The notes beneath the pieces are model-generated. The model saw only the letters and a list, made by a program, of their open reading frames with translations, was not told the DNA's origin and searched no databases. Source: Clostridiaceae bacterium BRH_c20a (GTDB taxonomy: Bacteria > Bacillota > Peptococcia > Peptococcales > BICA1-8). From it: 64,000 bases of DNA. Position 1 is the stretch's first letter. Each line of letters begins with the position of its first letter. Location: assembly GCA_000961765.1 (NCBI GenBank), contig LADT01000019.1, positions 7,110 through 71,109 of the forward strand, written 5' to 3'. This document shows positions 1 to 7,429 of this stretch, one piece after another. A program made the position numbers and the translations under genes.

Positions 1-72
1 AAGAACTTAAAGCTGAACTTGATGGTGATCACCCGATTATTTTATCCCCGGTATTTGATTGAATAAGTGTCC

Positions 73-1545
73 CTACTTGTTCAATATGCGCTGTAGTAAT
101 CGCTGAAGAAAGGGCTTCTTAGCGGTAGACTTCTGGTTCTGGATGATCTCGGTGCTTCGTTTAGCTTGGGCCACATCGACCTCCGTGGAATGGGGTTGTA
201 CGGATTTAGAGGTTGGGTGGACAGGTTTTGCCTGATCAACAGAATTTACAGCACAGATATTTTTGGATCTTTGATAACTAGGTTTAACCTCGGTTGGTCG
301 GTCCCAGTGCTTTTGATGCTGCTGAGGGGGTTTTGTGTATGAAGGCTTATTCTGAGCTTCTTTTACGGTCTTCAGTGAGTTGGATTGCACCCATTCTTTG
401 GCGCTAGCTCTGTACTCATTGAAAATTGCCTCAGATGGAAATTCCGCTTCTTCAATCATAGCTCCGATATGCTCTTCAATTTCATAGAGGCTCATGATGT
501 CTTCGCCTGTAACCAAACTGATGGCACGGCCTCCGCTTCCAGCTCTACCGGTACGCCCGATCCTATGCACGTAGCTGTCTTTTTCGATAGGAACATCATA
601 GTTTATTACCAGAGACAAGCCGTCGATGTGAATACCACGGGCCGCAACATCTGTGGCTACTAGCAAATGAAACTCTCCCCGCTTGAACTGCTCTATTGTT
701 TTCATCCGTCTACTTTGGGGAATATCTCCATGTAACGCCTGAGAAGCATATCCCTTTCGGAATAAAAAGCTTTGAACCCTATCGACAGCCATTCGTGTGT
801 TGCAGAAAATAATACAGCTTTCCGGTTGTTCAACTAGAAGTAGGCGGCTCAACTGTAAGTTTTTTTCATTATTATTTACACGGTAGTATATTTGTTGAGT
901 CGTATCCACTGTTTTGGTTTGTGACTCAATATCAATAGTTTCTGGATGTTTCATATACTCTTTGCAAATTTTACGGATTTCAGCGGGTATGGTGGCTGAA
1001 AACAGGAGAGTCACCCTGTTTTTGGGGAGGGTTTTGATAATTCTTACCACTTGGTCTAGAAAGCCCATATCTAACATTCTGTCCGCTTCATCAAGTACCA
1101 AGAATCGTATATGTCTAGTTATTAGATTACCGTGACGAATGTGATCATATACTCGACCGGGTGTTCCAGAAACAATGGAAACGCCTTTTTTGAGAGCTTG
1201 AATTTCAACATTCATATTGTGCTGTCCATATACAGCCGTTGTCTTGTGAGGAAGATGCTTTGATATTTGTTTTAGAACGCTATCTACCTGGACTGCCAGT
1301 TCCCTTGTCGGTGTGAGAATCAGACCTTGGGGTCCTGCTGCTTTAGGATCAGTCATTTGCAGCATAGAAACGCCAAAAACTGCAGTTTTTCCACTGCCTG
1401 TTTTAGACATGACGATCAGATCTTTATGATCCAGTATATGGGGAATTGCTTTGCTTTGTACCTCTGTAGGCGTCTCAAAGCCCATCTCTTCTATAGCCTT
1501 TAAAATGGGGGATGAAATACCCAGATCATTAAAATTAGTTTTCAT
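73..1545 (-). CDS. DEAD-box ATP-dependent RNA helicase
   Basis: 490-aa ORF; Q-motif region FNDLGISSPILKAIEEMGFETPTEVQ, Walker A SKTGSGKTAVF, VLDEADRMLDMGF, SAT, HRIGRTGRAG; ~110-aa low-complexity C-terminal tail. Confidence 0.95.
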   Translation of the reverse strand: MKTNFNDLGISSPILKAIEEMGFETPTEVQSKAIPHILDHKDLIVMSKTGSGKTAVFGVSMLQMTDPKAAGPQGLILTPTRELAVQVDSVLKQISKHLPHKTTAVYGQHNMNVEIQALKKGVSIVSGTPGRVYDHIRHGNLITRHIRFLVLDEADRMLDMGFLDQVVRIIKTLPKNRVTLLFSATIPAEIRKICKEYMKHPETIDIESQTKTVDTTQQIYYRVNNNEKNLQLSRLLLVEQPESCIIFCNTRMAVDRVQSFLFRKGYASQALHGDIPQSRRMKTIEQFKRGEFHLLVATDVAARGIHIDGLSLVINYDVPIEKDSYVHRIGRTGRAGSGGRAISLVTGEDIMSLYEIEEHIGAMIEEAEFPSEAIFNEYRASAKEWVQSNSLKTVKEAQNKPSYTKPPQQHQKHWDRPTEVKPSYQRSKNICAVNSVDQAKPVHPTSKSVQPHSTEVDVAQAKRSTEIIQNQKSTAKKPFLQRLLQRILNK

Positions 1546-1849
1546 TATTATCTTCTTTCCTTATTGCAAGATGCTCTAATTATAACATTTATTTTTGCTT
1601 TGTTCTATACGAGAAGGTTCTAGCCCCTCCGATCTTGAAATTTTCTTAAGAATCAAAAAAAAATAAAAATTTATTGTTAGTGGGAGGAGATGTTATAGGG
1701 GACAGTAATAAATAATATTCTGGTAACTGCTAAGTATAGTAATTTTATTAAAAAAAGTTAAATAACTAAATATAAAGAGCAAAATCTTAGTAACCAACAG
1801 CCCTCCTTTAACATAGGATGAAACATCCAAAAGCAAAGGAGGGAAAGAT

Positions 1850-2326
1850 ATGAAATTATCCGTTGAGCTTTATACTGAAAAGCCCTTGTTTATTAAGGAT
1901 GAATCTTATGTAGAGATATCCCTTAGATCCCATGGATTTATCATCCCTGAATCAAGGGGAAGTGACATTTACAAAAATGGTTTTACAGCTTTATCGAGAT
2001 CTAGGATAGCAGGCATAGGGAGAAGTAATAGCTATAAAACTGACGACAGGGTATTAGGCTTGGGGACACTAGAGGCAAGACCTGGGAAGTATTTAGAATT
2101 GAATGAGGGGCAAATTGATGATGTTTATGTAATATTTGAAACAAATATTTTACTTGATCCCGGTACTATTCGAGATATGTTAGGTATAAGGATCGTAGAT
2201 AAATGGGGTAAAGCCTTTGATATTCCTTTTGCAAGACCAGATATAGAAATATATTGGAACGAGAGAGGCAGATTTGTAATATCCATAACTGAATTTGTAA
2301 ATAGTAAAATGCTGATAAAATTATAA
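1850..2326 (+). CDS. hypothetical protein
   Basis: 158-aa ORF with SD AAGGAGGG just upstream and a terminator downstream; no recognisable motif. Confidence 0.6.
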   Translation: MKLSVELYTEKPLFIKDESYVEISLRSHGFIIPESRGSDIYKNGFTALSRSRIAGIGRSNSYKTDDRVLGLGTLEARPGKYLELNEGQIDDVYVIFETNILLDPGTIRDMLGIRIVDKWGKAFDIPFARPDIEIYWNERGRFVISITEFVNSKMLIKL

Positions 2327-2349
2327 ATCGAGAATAGATGGTTTACTTA

Positions 2350-2374
2350 AAGTGTGGTTATGCCACACTTTTTT
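2350..2374 (+). terminator. Rho-independent terminator
   Basis: AAGTGTGG / CCACACTT stem followed by T-run. Confidence 0.7.
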
Positions 2375-2540
2375 AATTGAATGAAGTAATTAAGTGGGGT
2401 TAAGTTTTAAAATTTTTCTTAATAATTATGTATTTTAATTTGTATAAAAAAATAAATAATAAACTCTCAAATAAAAGAAGGAATATGCATTTATTTGTAG
2501 AAAGTTTATTTCCAGTGAAAATATAAGTGGAGTTGTTAAT

Positions 2541-2888
2541 ATGTATTTTCCCTCCAACCTAAGTCAGGAAATTATTAAGATTAACAACCAGGTTAACCAG
2601 GAAGTTATTGGTTATGGGTTGGAACGGCAGAAAGTATTCATAACAGAAAATATTATTGTTATAATTGCAAAAAATAAGAGGATTCCAGCTCTGGCCACAT
2701 TAGATAGCAGGGGTTTTTCTACCCTAGAAGTCAACTATATTCTTTTAACAGCTTTTAAAGCAAGATTAAAAGAATTATTGGAAAAGCAGTTTAATTTTAA
2801 AATCATAACAATTTTAAAAGATTATGATGTCCAGACTGAAAGTGCAGGTACAATAATTATTCTGCAAGAGCCTATTAAAACAATTTAA
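2541..2888 (+). CDS. small protein, DUF2294-like (weak)
   Basis: 115-aa ORF; length and layout resemble DUF2294-type proteins; by-eye only. Confidence 0.45.
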   Translation: MYFPSNLSQEIIKINNQVNQEVIGYGLERQKVFITENIIVIIAKNKRIPALATLDSRGFSTLEVNYILLTAFKARLKELLEKQFNFKIITILKDYDVQTESAGTIIILQEPIKTI

Positions 2889-3147
2889 AAAGTTATAGAT
2901 GGAGAAGGGAACTTTATAAAGTGCCCTAATCTCATTGTTAAGATCATACGACTGGCTGAGGGAGCTTGTAATTTAAGAGCCTGATAGACCGTCCAATGAA
3001 GGAACAATTAAGTTATAACTCCGAAAAGAGTTATGTTCTTATATTTTCTTTTTTGGGCGGTTTTTTGTTTTAGTGCAGAAAAATTTATATCAAAAATAAG
3101 TTTCCTAGTATAATCTTTACAATTAAATTTTCAAGGGAGGAATTTTT

Positions 3148-4164
3148 ATGGAAAAGGTATTAGTTTCAGATTTGGTACAAGCTCTTGACACTATAACGGG
3201 AGGGAGGTTGCCTAAAACTATTAGTGAGATGTACAATTCACAAAATCCTTTTGTTGTGGTGAAATCTTCAAATTTACCTGGTAAAGCTATAACAGAGACC
3301 CCGGGGCTGGTATTTGGAGACCCAGAAATGGAAATCAAAAAGATTGCAGTAATGATGACTATGACTGAGTCGGCAATTGAACTGGCAGGTTCCACAGATG
3401 TTAATGCAATATTAGCACACCATCCTATAGCAGATGCAGCTAATTCTGGTGGAGTTCTAATTAAGACCTACCTTGGCCTGTATAAAATTGCAGCATTGGA
3501 ACTTCACGAAGCATTTCACGGATTACATCCAGGTATTTCCTATATTCATGGACATTCTGCTTATCGTGTAGAAGTTGGCTACGGGGGAGTTTCGGGAAAT
3601 ATACTCTATGTGGGTAAGGCATTGGATGAAGTAAAAACTTTAGGAGATATATTGGATAGAATTAAAGACTTCATGAATATCGATGCTGAAACAGAATTTC
3701 TGAAAGCTGAGAAGGAAATAAGAAGCTGTGTAGAAATTGAAGAAACAAGTGTAGCAGTTCAAGGGGAGATTCTTCTAGGTACTAGGGCGAGTAAAGTGGA
3801 AAATATACTCCATATATTTCCTCATACTGGCTTTAGCCCTCAGCATCTGGAAAATGTAATGCGGGAAAATCCTGAAATTGATACTATCTTGGCATCAATC
3901 AGTAGGGTTAAATCTGATAATCCATTAGTAATTAAAGCTAAGGAATTAGGGCTAAATTTCATTGTCGGTAATCCCCATTCTCTTGAAATATTTGAAAATG
4001 GACTGCCACTAGCAAGGGCTATTAAAACCCTTTTACCTTCACTTGAAGTTGTAATCTTTAGGGAAAGAATGTGTTCAGTTCCTATTGATAAATTTGGAAG
4101 TGAGAGTATCCAGAAATATGCAGATATGATTACAGAAAAGTTCTTACTTAAAACAAAAAAATAG
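3148..4164 (+). CDS. NIF3-like metal-binding protein (tentative)
   Basis: 338-aa ORF with SD AAGGGAGG; AILAHHPIAD and HEAFHGLHPG histidine motifs resemble the NIF3 dinuclear-metal family. Confidence 0.5.
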   Translation: MEKVLVSDLVQALDTITGGRLPKTISEMYNSQNPFVVVKSSNLPGKAITETPGLVFGDPEMEIKKIAVMMTMTESAIELAGSTDVNAILAHHPIADAANSGGVLIKTYLGLYKIAALELHEAFHGLHPGISYIHGHSAYRVEVGYGGVSGNILYVGKALDEVKTLGDILDRIKDFMNIDAETEFLKAEKEIRSCVEIEETSVAVQGEILLGTRASKVENILHIFPHTGFSPQHLENVMRENPEIDTILASISRVKSDNPLVIKAKELGLNFIVGNPHSLEIFENGLPLARAIKTLLPSLEVVIFRERMCSVPIDKFGSESIQKYADMITEKFLLKTKK

Positions 4165-4250
4165 AAGGGAGGTATTAATTAGGTATTAAGTTATAAATTT
4201 ATTTTTCATAACTTTCGTATCTTAGTAAAAAAATTAAAGGAGGAATTCAA

Positions 4251-5342
4251 ATGTCGAAAATTGAAACTGAAGTAACGACAACTAGCAGAAAAACCATATC
4301 AGGTATTGAGTATGTTGGCTTAAGTCTAGTAGGATTATCACTAATAGGTTTGTTTTTCGGATCTAATCATATAGCTGGAATGTTCGATGCAATGGTAAAC
4401 AAAGCATTTGGTATCTTTAATGTTTTTATCTTTGGTAAGAACATTGGGGCCGCTATTATAGTCAGCGTAATGACTGGCCGAATTCTTGAAAGGTTAGGAT
4501 TTACAGATGCTTTAATGAGATTATTTGTTCCAATATTAAAGTTCATAGGTATTAACTCTGCTGTTGTGGTCCCAGGTGTTTACAATATATTAGGAGACGT
4601 AAATGCAGCAGGCCGTATTGCAGGACCTGTTCTCATAAAAGCGGGAGCTACTAAAGATGAACAAAAGATAGCTATTGCCACAATGGTACAGGCTCCAGCA
4701 TCATTTTCTATTTTCATGTTAGGTATGCTGGCTCTAAGTATGGCAGGTATTAGTGTATTTCCTGTTGTTATTATTACCTTATTTCTTCCCTTGGTTTTAG
4801 TACCTTTCATATTAAAATTTATCTGGAGAGATACAAAAGCAATTACACTAGATAATTTGCCAAGGTTCACTCCAACTACTCCTGCTCTTCCTACAATCTT
4901 TAATGCAGCAAGGGAAGGTGCAGAACTTCTCTTCCTATTAATAATTCCTGCAGCTGTTGTAATATTCGCAATCATAGGTGCATTAGAATACATTGGCATC
5001 TGGCAATATGCACAAGGCTTTCTAAATAGTGTTATGGGAGTTTTGAAAATTGAACCTATAACCGGTGCTTTGACAATATTGGTTTCTAACACCCTAGCAA
5101 TGGGAACTCTGGTTGCAAATTTAAAAGAAGCAGCAATTGCTCCGGCACTTGTTCTTGGTTCCTTTGTTTTGGCTAACTCAGGTTTCCCCCTTCAGGTTCC
5201 CTTTGGTCAGATTCCTGCAGTATGGGCAAATGTTACAGATCTTAATGAAAAAGAAGCTATGCAAGCAGCCGTTGTAGGTGTGCTGATAAGATTATTGACT
5301 GCAACACTTTGTGCATATTTATTGACTCCGCTGGTAAGTTAG
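4251..5342 (+). CDS. multi-pass membrane protein, family not recognised
   Basis: 363-aa ORF with SD AAAGGAGG; about 9-10 hydrophobic segments. Confidence 0.7.
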   Translation: MSKIETEVTTTSRKTISGIEYVGLSLVGLSLIGLFFGSNHIAGMFDAMVNKAFGIFNVFIFGKNIGAAIIVSVMTGRILERLGFTDALMRLFVPILKFIGINSAVVVPGVYNILGDVNAAGRIAGPVLIKAGATKDEQKIAIATMVQAPASFSIFMLGMLALSMAGISVFPVVIITLFLPLVLVPFILKFIWRDTKAITLDNLPRFTPTTPALPTIFNAAREGAELLFLLIIPAAVVIFAIIGALEYIGIWQYAQGFLNSVMGVLKIEPITGALTILVSNTLAMGTLVANLKEAAIAPALVLGSFVLANSGFPLQVPFGQIPAVWANVTDLNEKEAMQAAVVGVLIRLLTATLCAYLLTPLVS

Positions 5343-5347
5343 TTAAT

Positions 5348-5383
5348 AAAGGATGCCGACAAATTAAATTGTCGGCGTCCTTT
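5348..5383. terminator. bidirectional terminator between convergent genes
   Basis: AAAGGATGCCGACAA / TTGTCGGCGTCCTTT 15-bp stem (one mismatch) flanked by A/T runs. Confidence 0.8.
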
Positions 5384-5410
5384 ATTTATGTGGTATCCGA
5401 AGCAGGATGC

Positions 5411-6106
5411 CTAAGACATAAAGAATTTATAACCAGCACCTTTAATAGTCTTTATATAGATAGGGTGGGGGGGGTCTTTTTCGATTTTCCTCCGGATATT
5501 GCTGATGTGAACCATTACGGTTCGGTGATCTCCAAGACTTTCCATACCCCAAAGTGATTGAAACAGCTGCTCGCTGCTAAATACGGTATTAGGGTTTTGA
5601 GCTAATAATGCCAGAAGTTGAAATTCCTTAGGGGATAAAGTGACAGGTTTTTCATTTACCATAACTGATAAACTTATTAAGTCTATAGTTAAGCCCGGAT
5701 ATGTTAAGAGCTTATCGGAACTATTTGTTCTTTTTAACATTCGGCTTCTGCGTAAATGAGCTTTTACCCTTGCCAAGAGTTCCAATGCATCAAATGGTTT
5801 ACTTATGTAGTCATCTCCGCCGGCTGTCAGACCCATGGATTTTTCTATTGGTGTCCCTTTACAACTGAGGAAAATAATAGGTGTTGTTAGCTGTTTGCGA
5901 ATTTCTTGGCAAACCTCAATTCCGTCTAGCCCTGGCAGCATCATATCCAGGATAATTAAATCTGGATTGGCGGTGAGGGCATTTGCTATTGCTTGGTGTC
6001 CGTCCGAAGCTATAATTACTTGATAGCTTTCCTTTTCTAAATATAGAGTAAGTATTTCTCTGATATCCTCATCATCATCAACTATTAGTATTGTTTCCCC
6101 TGCCAA
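5411..6106 (-). CDS. OmpR/PhoB-family response regulator
   Basis: 231 aa; TTG start 7 nt after GAGGAGG; receiver domain (ILIVDDDEDI, DLIILDMMLPGLDG) plus winged-helix output domain (TVMVHISNIRRKIE, IKTIKGAGYKF). Confidence 0.93.
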   Translation of the reverse strand: MAGETILIVDDDEDIREILTLYLEKESYQVIIASDGHQAIANALTANPDLIILDMMLPGLDGIEVCQEIRKQLTTPIIFLSCKGTPIEKSMGLTAGGDDYISKPFDALELLARVKAHLRRSRMLKRTNSSDKLLTYPGLTIDLISLSVMVNEKPVTLSPKEFQLLALLAQNPNTVFSSEQLFQSLWGMESLGDHRTVMVHISNIRRKIEKDPPHPIYIKTIKGAGYKFFMS

Positions 6107-6148
6107 AGTACGTCCTCCTCTAAAGTTATGATGCTCAGCAAAGTGAGC

Positions 6149-6318
6149 TTACCTTTCAACCCATATTTGCCTACCCTGGTATTCTACAATTTCCTTGGCG
6201 GTAGCTAAGCCTAGACCGCTGCTTTTGTGACTAGAAGTCTTACTTTAGACACTTTATAGAAAAGATCAAATATATGAGGTAAATCTTTTTCGGGAATTCC
6301 TATTCCTGTATCTTGGCA
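6149..6318 (-). pseudogene. histidine kinase remnant (C-terminal HATPase_c fragment only)
   Basis: Minus-strand translation gives DTGIGIPEKDLPHIFDLFYKV. After a frame change it gives GLGLATAKEIVEYQGRQIWVER-stop. There is a stop 3 codons upstream of DTGIG and no HisKA or sensor coding upstream. Confidence 0.8.
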
Positions 6319-6510
6319 TCTTTAACTTTTAAAGAATATTTAAGGTTTACTTAAGGTTGTGTTGAAGCTCTAAGCTATCATTTAAGAGTAAAATATTTAT
6401 ATATAAAACATTTCGCTATTGTCGTCATAATTCCTTTTGTTTTGGTGTTTAATATCAAAATTTGTCGCATTTAAAGAATTCTTAAACAATAAAGGAAAGG
6501 AGCATATATT

Positions 6511-6696
6511 ATGTTAGTACTAGGTAGAAGACCGGGTGAGTATATTGTAATTAACGATTCTATTATCGTAAAAGTAGTTAAAAGTGAAAATGGTGATTTA
6601 AGGCTGGCAATCGAAGCACCTCAGGAAATAAATATAGTCCGAGGAGAAATTTATGAAGAGCAAGAAGATGAAAGAGGGAAGAAAGAGGCGTGTTAA
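6511..6696 (+). CDS. csrA: carbon storage regulator CsrA (copy 1)
   Basis: 61 aa MLVLGRRPGEYIVI..VKVV..LAIEAPQEINIVRGEIYE, canonical CsrA signature; SD AAAGGAAAGGAG. Confidence 0.93.
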   Translation: MLVLGRRPGEYIVINDSIIVKVVKSENGDLRLAIEAPQEINIVRGEIYEEQEDERGKKEAC

Positions 6697-6837
6697 TTTT
6701 AATTAAAAAATACGGTCTCTAATATAAGTTGAGTTTTTATTTTTGAACTATTAACGAGAAAACCTGTTCTTCGGAAGGTCTTGAAAGAGATGACAGGTTG
6801 CTTGTGAAAATAGTTCTATTTTTTTAAAAAAATACTC

Positions 6838-6864
6838 TAAAGTTTTTCAAAAAACTAACGATAT
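6838..6864 (+). promoter_or_regulatory. sigma-D/sigma-28-type promoter candidate
   Basis: TAAA-N15-AACGATAT versus consensus TAAA-N15-GCCGATAT (10 of 12 positions, exact 15-nt spacer). Confidence 0.55.
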
Positions 6865-6915
6865 AATTAGTAACGGATTATACTATCAATTAGAATTAAA
6901 TACTTAGTACCCAAG

Positions 6916-6986
6916 GACGATTTTGTTAGGTCTTACTTTCTTTGCAGGAGGCAAAGAGGTAGGTAATAGCAAATCGTCTTTTTTTT
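6916..6986 (+). promoter_or_regulatory. terminator-like long hairpin carrying a GGA-loop hairpin (CsrA-site-like)
   Basis: Outer stem GACGATTT (6916-6923) / AAATCGTC (6971-6978) followed by T8; nested CTTTGC-AGGAG-GCAAAG (6940-6956). Confidence 0.6.
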
Positions 6987-7043
6987 ATTCCAGAGAAAGC
7001 TAAAAATACTCAAACAAAAATAACTTCAAGGGGGAAAGACAAA

Positions 7044-7217
7044 ATGTTGGTACTTGGTAGAAAGCCTGGGGAGTATGTAATGATAGGAGAAAATATTAAG
7101 GTTAAGGTAGTGAAAAGTGATAAGGGAGCCTTGCGTTTTGCCATTGAAGCTCCCAAAGATGTAAGCATTGTCAGGGGTGAGGTTTATGAGGCCAAAAGAC
7201 TAGCTGAAGAAGCCTAG
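7044..7217 (+). CDS. csrA: carbon storage regulator CsrA (copy 2; below the ORF-track length cutoff)
   Basis: 57 aa MLVLGRKPGEYVMIGENIKVKVVKSDKGALRFAIEAPKDVSIVRGEVYEAKRLAEEA; SD AAGGGGGA. Confidence 0.9.
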   Translation: MLVLGRKPGEYVMIGENIKVKVVKSDKGALRFAIEAPKDVSIVRGEVYEAKRLAEEA

Positions 7218-7258
7218 GAAGAAATTTGAGACATTAGAATAAATTGATGTGATTTCAG

Positions 7259-7318
7259 GGACGAGTAATTATCTTATTCAGCAGGATGCTGTAAAAGGGA
7301 TAATTTACTCGTCCTTTT
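7259..7318 (+). promoter_or_regulatory. second terminator-like hairpin with nested GGA-loop hairpin
   Basis: GGACGAGTAATTATC / GATAATTTACTCGTCC outer stem then TTTT; nested CAGC-AGGAT-GCTG (7279-7291). Confidence 0.55.
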
Positions 7319-7372
7319 AAATCTATATTTCCCCATATAAGTCAAGGTGGCCATAGGCTTATTGAGGAACAA

Positions 7373-7422
7373 TTTTTGCGAAAAAGGATGTTCGCAAAAA
7401 AAAACAAAAAAAACAGGGAGGA
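7373..7422 (+). promoter_or_regulatory. flagellin mRNA leader with two CsrA-type sites
   Basis: Hairpin TTTTTGCGAA-AAAGGATG-TTCGCAAAAA (7373-7400, GGA in loop) plus SD AGGGAGGA (7415-7422); same two-site layout as the B. subtilis hag leader. Confidence 0.6.
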
Positions 7423-7429
7423 ATTATTA

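Noticed and set aside
1-62. Possible 3' end of a plus-strand CDS (..ELKAELDGDHPIILSPVFD-stop)
   Set aside because: Only about 20 codons are visible; no motif to support a call.
385-1135. Plus-strand ORFs of 92 and 73 aa
   Set aside because: Entirely antisense to the well-supported DEAD-box helicase gene; no SD or motifs.
1850-2888. Search for a FliW-like CsrA antagonist among the nearby small ORFs
   Set aside because: Neither the 158-aa nor the 115-aa protein shows the FliW pattern; fliW is presumably elsewhere in the genome or absent.
2950-3060. ZTP (pfl) riboswitch suspicion because of a GACTGGC string
   Set aside because: The conserved CCGCCTGGG pseudoknot partner and the remaining consensus are absent.
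5309-5557. 82-aa plus-strand ORF
   Set aside because: It overlaps the terminator and the 3' end of the response-regulator gene in antisense.
6400-6432. Second sigma-D-like promoter upstream of csrA1 (TAAA-N15-CGTCATAA)
   Set aside because: The -10 element matches only 4 of 8 consensus positions; too weak to report.
7376-7429. ORF-track N-terminal extension of the flagellin (MRKRMFAKKNKKNREELL)
   Set aside because: The TTG lies inside the leader hairpin and has no SD; ATG 7430 has a strong SD and begins the canonical MRINNN flagellin N-terminus.
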